From Candidatus Saccharimonadales bacterium (GTDB lineage: Bacteria > Patescibacteriota > Saccharimonadia > Saccharimonadales > JANWIN01): a stretch of 64,000 nucleotides of DNA. The translations under genes were made by a program, and so were the position numbers. The notes under the pieces are model-generated. The model saw nothing but the letters and a program-made list of their open reading frames with translations. It did not search any database and had not been told where the DNA came from. Positions 54,895 to 64,000 of the stretch are shown piece by piece. The stretch lies in NCBI GenBank assembly GCA_038231155.1, contig JBBRLY010000016.1, positions 103,864 to 167,863 of the forward strand, given 5' to 3'. Numbering within the stretch: position 1 is the first letter of the stretch; the number at the start of each line of letters is the position of its first letter.

Positions 54895-55469
54895 TTACTT
54901 TTTTGTTTAAGAAGAATTTTCTCAATTCCTTCAACACCTTGTTCGGGATGTCCAGTCTGGTTAACAATTACATAATCATACTTGTCTTGGTAAGGCATTT
55001 CTGTTTTAGCCAGTTTGAGTCTACGTTGAATGGCACTTTCGTCTTCTGTTCCCCTAGCCCTAATACGCCTTTCTAATTGATCCCAACTCTCAGCATTAAT
55101 AAAAATTAAAACTGCTGCCGGAATTTGTTCTTTAATAACTAACGCACCTCTTACATCTTTACGTAATATGACATTTTTACCCTGGTCTAATAAGTTTTCT
55201 AGCGGTTCACGTAGGGTGCCATACCACTGGTTATTATCTACCTGAATAGCTTCCAGAAACTTTCCGGCTTCGCGTAATTTTTTAAATTGTGTTTGATTTA
55301 CAAAACTCATATCGACACCCTCAACTTCCCCCGGGCGGGCTGGGCGAGTGGTGATAGAAGCTGGCATTTGCCAGTCTGGATGTTTGGCTAAAAATAACTT
55401 AATGATGGTATCTTTACCAACTCCGGCCGATGGTCCGGATATAACTAATAATTTACCTCTTGAGTGCAT
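54891..55469 (-). CDS. gmk: guanylate kinase
   Basis: 192 aa. P-loop GPSAGVGKDT and TTRPARPGE motifs. Confidence 0.92.
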   Translation of the reverse strand: MHSRGKLLVISGPSAGVGKDTIIKLFLAKHPDWQMPASITTRPARPGEVEGVDMSFVNQTQFKKLREAGKFLEAIQVDNNQWYGTLREPLENLLDQGKNVILRKDVRGALVIKEQIPAAVLIFINAESWDQLERRIRARGTEDESAIQRRLKLAKTEMPYQDKYDYVIVNQTGHPEQGVEGIEKILLKQKSN

Positions 55470-55617
55470 ATAGTAATAATAACCTAATCTTTATAAAATT
55501 TTTGGTGGTGACATTTCAATCTGAATAACTCCTTGTATTTTGACCTTTTTTGGCGTATATAAAAAGTATTAGTTATACCGCAACTTGCATTAAGTTAGGC
55601 GGCTAAAGGAGGAACAA

Positions 55618-56022
55618 ATGCCAGACATAGTTATTAACTGGTGGGCAGTCATTGTGGCTGCTGCAGTAAATATGATAGTGGGGGCCGTTTGGTATTCACC
55701 AGTCTTATTTGCTAAAGATTGGGCTAAATTAGTTGGCCGCAAAATGGACCAGATGGGTGACGGAACAAATAGTTACATCATTACCACAATTGCTGCCTTA
55801 GTTCAGTCCGCAATATTTGCTTTCATTGTAGGTTGGAGCGGAGCCCACACGGTTGCTCAAGGTGCTTATCTAGGTCTATTAATCTGGATTGCCTTTGTAG
55901 CGATTACCCAAGGAGTCAATACCGTCTTTGCAGTTTCACGCAAGAAACTTTGGGCTATTAACACTGGCTATTTCCTGGTAGTACTGGTTATCAACGGTGC
56001 TATTTTAGCCGCCTGGCGCTAA
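55618..56022 (+). CDS. DUF1761-family membrane protein
   Basis: 134 aa. N-terminus INWWAVIVAAAVNMIVGAVWYSPVLFAKDW is typical of the family. Confidence 0.6.
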   Translation: MPDIVINWWAVIVAAAVNMIVGAVWYSPVLFAKDWAKLVGRKMDQMGDGTNSYIITTIAALVQSAIFAFIVGWSGAHTVAQGAYLGLLIWIAFVAITQGVNTVFAVSRKKLWAINTGYFLVVLVINGAILAAWR

Positions 56023-56115
56023 AAGAAAATAATCTGAAGATAGAGCTACATATAGGTACTTAAATTAAGTTCGTTGTAGTATTAATTGAGTAATCTAGGA
56101 GAGATTTAGCACGAT

Positions 56116-57909
56116 TTAATCGCGCTTTAGCATTACCGTAAAGGCCTCTGCTGGAATATCGACTTTTCCGAATCGCTTCATGCGCTTTTTACCTTTGGTT
56201 TGTTTGGCCAATAATTTTTTCTTTCGTGATACATCACCGCCGTAAAGATAACCGGTTACATCTTTTCGATAGGCACTGAGGTCTTCACGGGCAATGAATT
56301 TACCACCTATGGCTGCTTGTAAACTGACTTGGAAGTTCTGACGCGGGATTACATTTTTAAGTTTAGTAACAATGGAGTGACCAAGGTTTTGAGCTTCGCT
56401 ACGGTGTACCATGATACCTAGAGCATCAACCCGTTCTCCAGCTACATAGAAATCGAGCCTGACTAAGTCTTGGGCTCGGTAATCGGCTAATTCGTAATTA
56501 AAGGAGCCGTAACCAGAGGTTAGACTTTTAAGTTGATCATAAAAGTCAGTTAATAGATTAGCTAAAGGCGCTTCAAAGGTAATAACTGCTAATTGGGAAT
56601 CAACGTATGAAATGTTTTTTTGGATACCGCGCTTGCTAATAATTAATTGGATAACTGATCCGACATAATCTTTAGGACAGACAATTTCACCTTTAATCCA
56701 AGGCTCACGGATTTCGGTAATTAATGTTGCGTCAGGTAAGTCAGCAGCACTTTTTATATCAATAACTTTGCCGCTACTTAGTGTTACCGAGTAATCAGTT
56801 GACGGATTGGTTATAACTAGCTCAAGATCGTATTCGCGCTCTAAACGTTCACGCACAATATCCATGTGCAGTAAACCTAAAAAGCCGACGCGTAAGCCAA
56901 ATCCAAGTACTGGTGAGTTTTCAGGTTCAAACTGTAGAGCCGAGTCACTAAGGCTTAGTTTATCTACGGCGTCTTTAAGTAATTGGTAGTTTTCACCAGA
57001 ATCTGGGAAAAATCCAGCATAAACAAATGGTTTCACATCTTTATAGCCTTGCAGCGCCGTAGTCGCTTTATTAGATGTTAAGGTTATGGTGTCGCCAACT
57101 TTAGCCTCACGGGTACTCTTGAGGTTAGTGACAATATAGCCGATCTCGCCAGTATCAAGTGATGGTTTAGCTACCATGTCTGGTTTTAAGGCACCGACTT
57201 CAAGAGCCATGCCGTCACTACTTGATGCCATCATACGAATGGCTTGACCTTTAGCGATACTACCGTCAACCACTCTTATGTATAAAATTACACCCCTGAA
57301 ATCGTCATAGTAGGAGTCAAAAATTAGGGCTCTGGTTGGTTTATTAGAATGGCCTGTGGGGCTGGTAATATCTGTGACTATCCGCTGCAGTAGCACGTCG
57401 ACACCTTGGCCGGTTTTAGCTGAAATTAATAATATGTCTTCATAGTTACAGCCAAGTAATGAAACCACTTCATTAGTAGTTCGCTCAATATCGGCTGCTG
57501 GCAAATCAATCTTATTTAAAACTGGAATGATTTTTAGATCGGCCGCTAAAGCTAAATAGACATTTGCTAGCGTCTGGGCCTGAATACCTTGGGTAGCATC
57601 AACTACTAAAATGGCTCCTTCACAAGCCTCTAAACTACGTGAAACTTCATAGCTGAAATCAACATGTCCAGGTGTATCAATCAAATTTAGCTGATAGTTT
57701 TTAGCATCTAACAGATAGTCCATGCGTACAGGGGCGAGTTTGATAGTAATGCCCTTTTCACGCTCCAAATCCATTTTGTCGAGTAGCTGCTCACGCATCC
57801 GCCGTTTTTCAACAGTTCCAGTTAATTCCAACAATCTGTCAGCCAGCGTAGACTTACCATGGTCAATGTGGGCAATAATGCAAAAATTCCTAATATCGTC
57901 TGAATTCAT
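56116..57909 (-). CDS. lepA: translation elongation factor 4 (LepA)
   Basis: 597 aa. G motifs AHIDHGKST, DTPGH, NKID, and the LepA-specific C-terminal domain. Confidence 0.97.
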   Translation of the reverse strand: MNSDDIRNFCIIAHIDHGKSTLADRLLELTGTVEKRRMREQLLDKMDLEREKGITIKLAPVRMDYLLDAKNYQLNLIDTPGHVDFSYEVSRSLEACEGAILVVDATQGIQAQTLANVYLALAADLKIIPVLNKIDLPAADIERTTNEVVSLLGCNYEDILLISAKTGQGVDVLLQRIVTDITSPTGHSNKPTRALIFDSYYDDFRGVILYIRVVDGSIAKGQAIRMMASSSDGMALEVGALKPDMVAKPSLDTGEIGYIVTNLKSTREAKVGDTITLTSNKATTALQGYKDVKPFVYAGFFPDSGENYQLLKDAVDKLSLSDSALQFEPENSPVLGFGLRVGFLGLLHMDIVRERLEREYDLELVITNPSTDYSVTLSSGKVIDIKSAADLPDATLITEIREPWIKGEIVCPKDYVGSVIQLIISKRGIQKNISYVDSQLAVITFEAPLANLLTDFYDQLKSLTSGYGSFNYELADYRAQDLVRLDFYVAGERVDALGIMVHRSEAQNLGHSIVTKLKNVIPRQNFQVSLQAAIGGKFIAREDLSAYRKDVTGYLYGGDVSRKKKLLAKQTKGKKRMKRFGKVDIPAEAFTVMLKRD

Positions 57910-57949
57910 ATCCCATCAAGTATAACAGAGGTGATACCAATACTTAGGT

Positions 57950-59536
57950 TTAAAGCCTTATGGGCTTCAATATAATGCGGTAAGCCTTATTAAAGGCAAT
58001 CTTAGCTTCATCTAGCCCAAATAAAGCTGACATCACTAGGTGCACCAACATTGTTACACCAGCAATTAAACCAAATTTAAAACCTAAGGTTACAAATCCC
58101 CTATCAGCTAATTTTAGAGGAAGTAACGATACCATAACGAAGGCTGTCATAACACTAAACCCCGTGACTGAAACAATTTTCAGTACAGTCCCCCAGAATG
58201 CCGCATTAACGATGTATGGATCACGTACCAACATAATAAATAGTAAGGTAGAGATTTCCGCCACTGCAGCTATTGATTGTGCTAAGGCTAGTCCAGTTAG
58301 GCCGTAAGACCCAGGTTTGGCTAAATTAAATACCAATATAACGTTCAAGGCAATTACCAGTAATGATACAAATAATGGCGTAGCTGTATCTTTTTGAGCG
58401 TAAAAATAGCGTGACAAAATGGTGTACATAATACGGGCAAAAATAGCTACTGAAAGATATCCAAATACCAAAGCTACCTGAGGCGCTGCGCCTCCGTAAA
58501 GTAAGCGTGCTAGGTAGCCACGACAGAAGTAGGCAATTACGGCTACTGGCATAGCAATCCAAATCATAATTTCGACAATCTTAAAAAAATCACGGTGGAA
58601 TAAATCAGTGCGGTGTTGGGCTAAGCGTTCAGTTAGCCTAGGAAAAGCAGCTGTAGATATAGCTGTACCAAATAACATGACCGGCACATTCATAAGTGTT
58701 GTAGCAAAGTTATAATAGGTTACCGCACCTCGTCCTAAAACTGTCGCCCGGTTAGTCTCGACAATACTGTTAATGGAGTCCACCCCCTGATCAATGGAGC
58801 GGGCTGGCAGTTTACGCATAATTAGTTTAAAATCATCGGACTTAAAATTAATCTTCGGTTTCCAGCGGAACTTAAGCCCCCATAAACCAAAACTGGCTAC
58901 TATAAGCTGCAAAATAGCCCCGACAAGTGCTCCCACACCCAGACCAATAATACCGAGGTTGTATTTAAATATGTAAATGCTAAAAATAATTGCCAAGTTA
59001 TAAAATAATGGAGCAACTGAGTAAAAGAAAAACCGCCCAAAGCTTTGTTGAACGCTCATCAAAATTCCTGAAATTGTAAACAGTAAGGGGTTTAGGGCTA
59101 CAATCCGCATGATGTTAGTAGCTTGATCAAGTTCATGCGAAGCTAGATGAGGTGCTACCACGTAGTGCAGCAGTGGTCTAGCGAATATAAATATAGTCAG
59201 AGCCACTATAAACATCACTATAGTCAAAAGGTTTAATAGACTGCTGGTAATGTCCCAAATACCTTTACGGTCCCCTTTATGCAATCTATCAGCCAATACC
59301 GGCATAAAAGCTACTCCCAAGGCACCGGCGGCAATAGTCAGAAAAAAGAAATCTGGTATTTGAAAGGCCGCAAAGAAGGCATCAGTCCCACCAGGGTTTA
59401 CAACTGTGAAGTTAGTACTGACCAAACGATTTCGAAAGAAGCCAAGCAGCTGCGCCATTAAGGTGGCGACTATCAGTAAGGTTGCCGCGTTACCTAGTGA
59501 AATTCTGGATTTTGCTCTGTTATCTGGGCCAGCCAT
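57950..59536 (-). CDS. murJ: lipid II flippase MurJ (MviN family)
   Basis: 528 aa with about 14 TM helices. MurJ-like N-terminus ATLLIVATLMAQLLGFFRNRLV. Confidence 0.85.
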   Translation of the reverse strand: MAGPDNRAKSRISLGNAATLLIVATLMAQLLGFFRNRLVSTNFTVVNPGGTDAFFAAFQIPDFFFLTIAAGALGVAFMPVLADRLHKGDRKGIWDITSSLLNLLTIVMFIVALTIFIFARPLLHYVVAPHLASHELDQATNIMRIVALNPLLFTISGILMSVQQSFGRFFFYSVAPLFYNLAIIFSIYIFKYNLGIIGLGVGALVGAILQLIVASFGLWGLKFRWKPKINFKSDDFKLIMRKLPARSIDQGVDSINSIVETNRATVLGRGAVTYYNFATTLMNVPVMLFGTAISTAAFPRLTERLAQHRTDLFHRDFFKIVEIMIWIAMPVAVIAYFCRGYLARLLYGGAAPQVALVFGYLSVAIFARIMYTILSRYFYAQKDTATPLFVSLLVIALNVILVFNLAKPGSYGLTGLALAQSIAAVAEISTLLFIMLVRDPYIVNAAFWGTVLKIVSVTGFSVMTAFVMVSLLPLKLADRGFVTLGFKFGLIAGVTMLVHLVMSALFGLDEAKIAFNKAYRIILKPIRL

Positions 59537-59615
59537 TTCCCTAGATTATAGATTAATCTAATGCTTACCACCTAGTAAAAAGTCACTTCCTGTGTCAAAA
59601 ACCGTAGTCTAAATA

Positions 59616-61493
59616 CTAATATAGGGCTGCGGCTTTAGGCATAACAGCATCTTCCAGAAGTTTTTTAACTTCGGCAGCTTCTATTGTTTCTCGCTCTAGC
59701 AAGCGGTTTTTAAGCTTTTCCAGTTTGTCCATATTGGTTTTAATAACTTCTCGAGCTCGATGGGCAGCTTCTGTAATTAAATTTTCTACCTCATCATCAA
59801 TTACTTTAGCCGTTTCATCGGAATATTGCCTCTCATGGACTAATTTTTCTAGCATCATCCCTTCATCGACATGGAATACTTGGTCGCGTAACTTAGATCC
59901 CATACCTTGATTAACTACCATGTCACGGGCCAGCTCAGCAGCTTTTTGTAGGTCATTGCCAGCGCCAGTGGTAATACGGTCTTTACCATAAATTACTTCC
60001 TCAGCTACCCGTCCACCTAACATGCGAGCCAAAACGTCTTTAAATTCAATGACCGAGTGATAGCTCTTATCCTCCGGTGGAATAAACCAGGTAACGCCAC
60101 CAATACCACCGCGCGGGATGATAGAAACCTTATGCACGGAATCACTATCTGGTAACACAAAGCCCACTACGGCGTGACCAGCTTCGTGATAAGCAGTTAG
60201 TTCTTTTTCCCTTTCATTCATAACTTTACTTTTACGTTCTGGACCAAGGGCTACTTTCTCAAAACCTTCGGTTAAATCTTCTTGGGTAATTTGATGGTGG
60301 TTTTGACGGGCTGCAATTATGGCTGCTTCGTTAGCTATGTTAGATAAATCGGCTCCCGATGAACCAGCTGATTTAGCAGCTAAGGCATCTAAATCGACGT
60401 CTTTGGCTAAAGGTTTTTTAGCGAAGTGAATTTTAAGAATGGCTTCGCGATCTCGGCGCTCAGGAAGTTCTATATTGACACGGCGATCAAACCGTCCCGG
60501 TCGCAGTAAGGCAGGGTCTAGTACGTCAGAACGGTTAGTGGCTGCCAGCACAATTACATTTGTGCCTTGTTCAAATCCATCCATTTCGACTAGAATCTGA
60601 TTTAAAGTTTGTTCACGCTCATCGTGTCCACCACCCATACCACTACCTCGGCGACGGCCGACAGCGTCAATTTCGTCTATAAAGATAATACATGGCGAGT
60701 TTTTCTTGGCTTTAGCAAACAGATCGCGTACTCGGCTGGCACCAACACCAACGAACATCTCTACAAATTCAGATCCGGATATGCTGAAAAATGGTACGTT
60801 GGCTTCGCCAGCTACAGCCCGGGCCATCATGGTTTTTCCAGTGCCAGGTGGACCAATTAGCAATACACCTTTAGGAATTTTGGCCCCTAAGGATTCAAAC
60901 TTTTTAGGGAATTTCAAAAATTCTACAATTTCTTGTAAATCTGTTTTGGCTTCAGCCGCCCCAGCCACATCGCGAAAGGTTACCTTATCTTTTTCATTAC
61001 CATATAAGCGAGCTCGGCTTTTACCAAAACTAAGGGCCTGATTGCCTTGGCCTTGAGCACTTCTAATCATAAAGAATAATACTAAGCTTATTAACACTAC
61101 CGGCAAGATAGACAGTCCAACGTTTGTCCAAGTTGCAGTAGCACTGCTGGGAGCTTTAACATCAACGACTACGTTCTTATTAGTTAGGCCTTGCTGATAG
61201 ATACTGGAACCAGTTTCTTTAAAAGATTTTGTAGTGGGCTTAGCATCACCCTTTTTAGTGACCTGCAGAGAGTCGCCCTGAATGGCAATCTCTTTTACGA
61301 CGCCGCTATTAGCCTCTGATATTACCTGAGAAAATGGTTCGTCTTTAAGTTGGCTGGGCTGATTAAAGGCCGCCAGTGCTGCTAAAGATAAAAGAATAAG
61401 TAGAGCAACAAACCCAAAATTCTTAAAATTTTTGCGTTTGTTACCTCCTAAATTTGGTTGTTTACCAAATGGTTGTCTATCCATACCCGACAT
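59616..61493 (-). CDS. ftsH: ATP-dependent zinc metalloprotease FtsH
   Basis: 625 aa. Two TM helices, AAA+ [20 protein letters not shown] zinc site. Confidence 0.97.
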   Translation of the reverse strand: MSGMDRQPFGKQPNLGGNKRKNFKNFGFVALLILLSLAALAAFNQPSQLKDEPFSQVISEANSGVVKEIAIQGDSLQVTKKGDAKPTTKSFKETGSSIYQQGLTNKNVVVDVKAPSSATATWTNVGLSILPVVLISLVLFFMIRSAQGQGNQALSFGKSRARLYGNEKDKVTFRDVAGAAEAKTDLQEIVEFLKFPKKFESLGAKIPKGVLLIGPPGTGKTMMARAVAGEANVPFFSISGSEFVEMFVGVGASRVRDLFAKAKKNSPCIIFIDEIDAVGRRRGSGMGGGHDEREQTLNQILVEMDGFEQGTNVIVLAATNRSDVLDPALLRPGRFDRRVNIELPERRDREAILKIHFAKKPLAKDVDLDALAAKSAGSSGADLSNIANEAAIIAARQNHHQITQEDLTEGFEKVALGPERKSKVMNEREKELTAYHEAGHAVVGFVLPDSDSVHKVSIIPRGGIGGVTWFIPPEDKSYHSVIEFKDVLARMLGGRVAEEVIYGKDRITTGAGNDLQKAAELARDMVVNQGMGSKLRDQVFHVDEGMMLEKLVHERQYSDETAKVIDDEVENLITEAAHRAREVIKTNMDKLEKLKNRLLERETIEAAEVKKLLEDAVMPKAAALY

Positions 61494-61519
61494 ATTATAC
61501 AGAAACGACCAAATGAATG

Positions 61520-62398
61520 CTAGCGCTCATGGTGCACGAGTGCCAACTCTTCACTATTAATCTTAAGTACTAAGCTCTTGTTGACGTCAGCCTGCTTACC
61601 TGGTGCTAAAGTTTTAGCTGCTCGAACTAATAGTTCAAGTCGTTTTTTATCTAGATCGCGGACCTGATTATTAATTAGCCAAGTATGCATTGTCTCTTTG
61701 GCAAGAGCATGCGGTAGCAAAATAAACCATTGCCTATCTAATTGTTTATGTTTGGCTATTTGTTGATTCAAAATTTCATCAATACTTTTATTAAGTTTGC
61801 CAAGCTTATTGATGTGACCAACTAATGTTTGGCGCTGCGATTTGCTTAATCTCGGTAGGATTTTAAGACGTACGTAGTTCCGTAAATATACGGTATCTAA
61901 ATTTGTACTATCTTCGTGCCAAGCAATTTTATGGCTTTTTGCGTAAGCCATAAGCTCCTTTTTAGGGATGTTAAGTAGCGGCCTTACAAGTTCTGGTGTT
62001 GATTTAAGTGAAGATAGTCCACGACGATTAGTACCGCGAAGCATATTTATAACTGCAGTTTCCAATAAGTCGTCTTGATGATGAGCAGTAATAATTGCTT
62101 GGGCCTTAAAGTCACTTTTTACTTTGTTTAGAAATTTATAGCGAGCCTGACGTGCAGTGTCTTCACTGGTTTTGGCCCCCAAGTTTCCCTTTTCACTGCT
62201 AAACTCCAGCTCATAGGTTTGGGCTGTCCGTTGTACTAATAGTTGGTCTATTTTGGAATCTTTACGAATACCATGGTCAAAGTGAGCCACAACTAATTTA
62301 AGCTGAGGCTGCCCCGTTAATAAGTGCAGCAAAACCATCGAGTCCACACCGCCACTCACAGCTACAATATACTTTCCTGGCTTTACTTCAATTTGCAT
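61520..62398 (-). CDS. tilS: tRNA(Ile)-lysidine synthase TilS
   Basis: Track ORF trimmed to MQIEVKPGKYIVAVSGGVDSMVLL (PP-loop SGGxDS), 292 aa. The 58-codon upstream extension overlaps guaA and was rejected. Confidence 0.85.
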   Translation of the reverse strand: MQIEVKPGKYIVAVSGGVDSMVLLHLLTGQPQLKLVVAHFDHGIRKDSKIDQLLVQRTAQTYELEFSSEKGNLGAKTSEDTARQARYKFLNKVKSDFKAQAIITAHHQDDLLETAVINMLRGTNRRGLSSLKSTPELVRPLLNIPKKELMAYAKSHKIAWHEDSTNLDTVYLRNYVRLKILPRLSKSQRQTLVGHINKLGKLNKSIDEILNQQIAKHKQLDRQWFILLPHALAKETMHTWLINNQVRDLDKKRLELLVRAAKTLAPGKQADVNKSLVLKINSEELALVHHER

Positions 62399-62417
62399 AC
62401 ATAATATCTTATCAGTA

Positions 62418-64000
62418 ATGGACGGTGAAATGCAGGATCGGGGTGGAGAACAATTAGGCATACCTGAGCGTCTGGAACCGCGTGCCACCAGAATCGGAAT
62501 TGTCGATGTAGGCTCACAACTGCTCAAACCTATAGACCGTAAAATCCGCGAAATTGGCGCCGATACGATCATTTACCCGTCTGATGTAAGTGCTGAGACA
62601 TTACTTGAAAATTGTGATGCATATGTAGTGTCTGGTGGTGGCGATAGCGCTTATGATGAGTCATCACCTATACAATGTGACCCAAAGATATTTTCAAAAG
62701 AATTTCCGCTGCCAGGATTATTTATATGTCTTGGTCACCAGTTACTTAATAAAGCCCGTGGCGGGACTGTCGAGAAAGGAGTTAAGGGACGCTACGGTCA
62801 ATCTGTGATTGATATTTCAGAGCCTGATGACCCTTTTTTTGCCGGGTTTGGCAATAAGGCAAAAGTCCTAATGAATGCTGGCGATTGCATCACTGTAGAC
62901 AACTTGGCGCCTGGGCTTAAAGTCTTAGCGCTTTCGCGTGAAGGTGATCATCAAACCGTCGCTGCTTATAAAGATGAAACTGGTACTAAAATTGGTGTAC
63001 AGTTCCATCCAGAAGTTGACCTAACGGAAAACGGTGAAGAACTATTTAAGCATTTTATTCGAGATACTGCTGGCCTTGAACTTAACTATACTTCCGAAGC
63101 AAAGCATGCCACGGTTCAAAATCGAATTATAAGAACAGTAGGTAAAATGCCAGTCGTTACATTGGCAAGCGGCGGTGTAGACTCCACTGTTCTGGCTGCC
63201 GCCCTTCATGAAGAAGTCGGATCCCGGCAGCACCTCGTGCATATCGACACCGGATTAATGCGTAAAGGTGAATCTAAATTAGTTTTAAATGCTTTGCGTG
63301 AACAGGGTTTACCTAATATACATTTTATAGATGCTACAGATGATTTTCGAAATGCTACGACACTATATAACGGTAAACTAACAAATACCCTGGAATGTGA
63401 AACAGATCCAGAAGCAAAACGTCACATTATCGGTGACACTTTTACTAGGATAATCGAAGCTACTTTTAAAGAACTAGGTTTAGATCCAGAAAGTGCCTAT
63501 TTAGGTCAGGGGACTTTACGCCCCGATATTATTGAAAGTGCTGGCATCGGCAAAAGCGCTAAGAAAATAAAAACTCATCACAATGATACTCCGTTAATGC
63601 GGGAGTGGCGAAAACGCGGTATGTTAGTTGAACCATTAGATGAATTACACAAAGATGAAGTACGTGAGCTTGGTATTGAACTTGGTCTACCCCCTGAAGT
63701 TGTGTGGCGTCAACCGTTTCCGGGACCCGGTTTAGCTATACGAATTATCTGTTCATACGGTGGGGCAGATTTTGAAGGTAGACGGGCTGTAGAAAATTCA
63801 ATGCATGAATTTGCAGACAGTGATACTTCCGTCCATTTATTACCTATAAGATCAGTCGGTGTGCAAGGTGATGATAGAACATATAAATATGTCGCAGCAA
63901 TTAGTACCGATGGCGAGTCAAACTGGGAGCAAAATATGGAATTAGCTGCCGAGATACCGAGAGTAATTAACGACATTAGTCGAGTAATTTTTATGTTTGG
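62418..64000 (+). CDS. guaA: GMP synthase (glutamine-hydrolysing), 3' end outside the window
   Basis: Manual translation (no stop in the window, so absent from the track). GATase CLGHQLL and QFHPE, ATP-PPase LASGGVDSTV, FPGPGLAIR, VGVQGDDRTY. Start is uncertain (62418 or 62430). Confidence 0.9.
   Translation, partial: MDGEMQDRGGEQLGIPERLEPRATRIGIVDVGSQLLKPIDRKIREIGADTIIYPSDVSAETLLENCDAYVVSGGGDSAYDESSPIQCDPKIFSKEFPLPGLFICLGHQLLNKARGGTVEKGVKGRYGQSVIDISEPDDPFFAGFGNKAKVLMNAGDCITVDNLAPGLKVLALSREGDHQTVAAYKDETGTKIGVQFHPEVDLTENGEELFKHFIRDTAGLELNYTSEAKHATVQNRIIRTVGKMPVVTLASGGVDSTVLAAALHEEVGSRQHLVHIDTGLMRKGESKLVLNALREQGLPNIHFIDATDDFRNATTLYNGKLTNTLECETDPEAKRHIIGDTFTRIIEATFKELGLDPESAYLGQGTLRPDIIESAGIGKSAKKIKTHHNDTPLMREWRKRGMLVEPLDELHKDEVRELGIELGLPPEVVWRQPFPGPGLAIRIICSYGGADFEGRRAVENSMHEFADSDTSVHLLPIRSVGVQGDDRTYKYVAAISTDGESNWEQNMELAAEIPRVINDISRVIFMF

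Noticed and set aside
62399-62572. 58-codon N-terminal extension of the TilS ORF.
   Set aside because: The extension has no TilS similarity (R/S/P-rich) and overlaps guaA. The PP-loop begins right after the internal ATG at 62398.
63042-63976. Minus-strand ORFs of 66 and 88 aa near the right edge.
   Set aside because: They are antisense to the manually translated guaA frame, which contains SGGVDS, FPGPGLAIR and GVQGDDRTY.
1-64000. Search for CRISPR arrays, rRNA genes, IS elements/transposases and long tandem repeats.
   Set aside because: I saw no regularly spaced direct repeats, no rRNA-like conserved blocks, and no transposase-like ORFs when reading the intergenic regions and the ORF track. 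The only recombinase is the serine integrase at 45988-47673.

Overview
This is a 64-kb stretch of a bacterial chromosome with roughly 40% GC by spot counts. The gene content suggests a small-genome Patescibacteria/CPR organism, possibly Saccharibacteria-like. That is inference only, since no searches were possible. Supporting features: a Gram-positive-style type IV pilus cluster without a secretin, shortened TsaB and HrcA, RimK with a retropepsin-like partner, many signal-anchored hypothetical surface proteins, and five tRNAs that all encode their CCA end. Backbone genes: rny-SGNH-HAD-ymdB, tsaE-tsaB, recA-nudix-recX, pilB-pilC-pilins-pilMNO, yebC-ruvCAB, rimK, hrcA-grpE-(88 aa ORF)-dnaK-dnaJ with a CIRCE operator, gmk, lepA, murJ, ftsH, tilS, and guaA (partial, found by manual translation). 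There are also a P1B-type ATPase and a standalone class II aaRS-like core next to a YbaK deacylase. The main accessory feature is a GC-richer (about 47-48%) island of roughly 12.6 kb inserted at the 3' end of tRNA-Lys(TTT). A large serine recombinase bounds it, and its ORF reads into the tRNA. A 10-bp direct repeat (35001-35010 and 47628-47637) flanks the island. Its cargo is a tightly coupled three-gene operon: hsdR, a fused hsdM-hsdS, and a KAP-family P-loop NTPase. This is my best candidate for an undescribed composite defence system. The island also carries a module of small phage-like genes that contains a strongly promoted, densely hairpinned leader or ncRNA of about 200 nt. I saw no CRISPR array, rRNA or transposase. 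All functional calls come from motif recognition by eye, and start codons are approximate.
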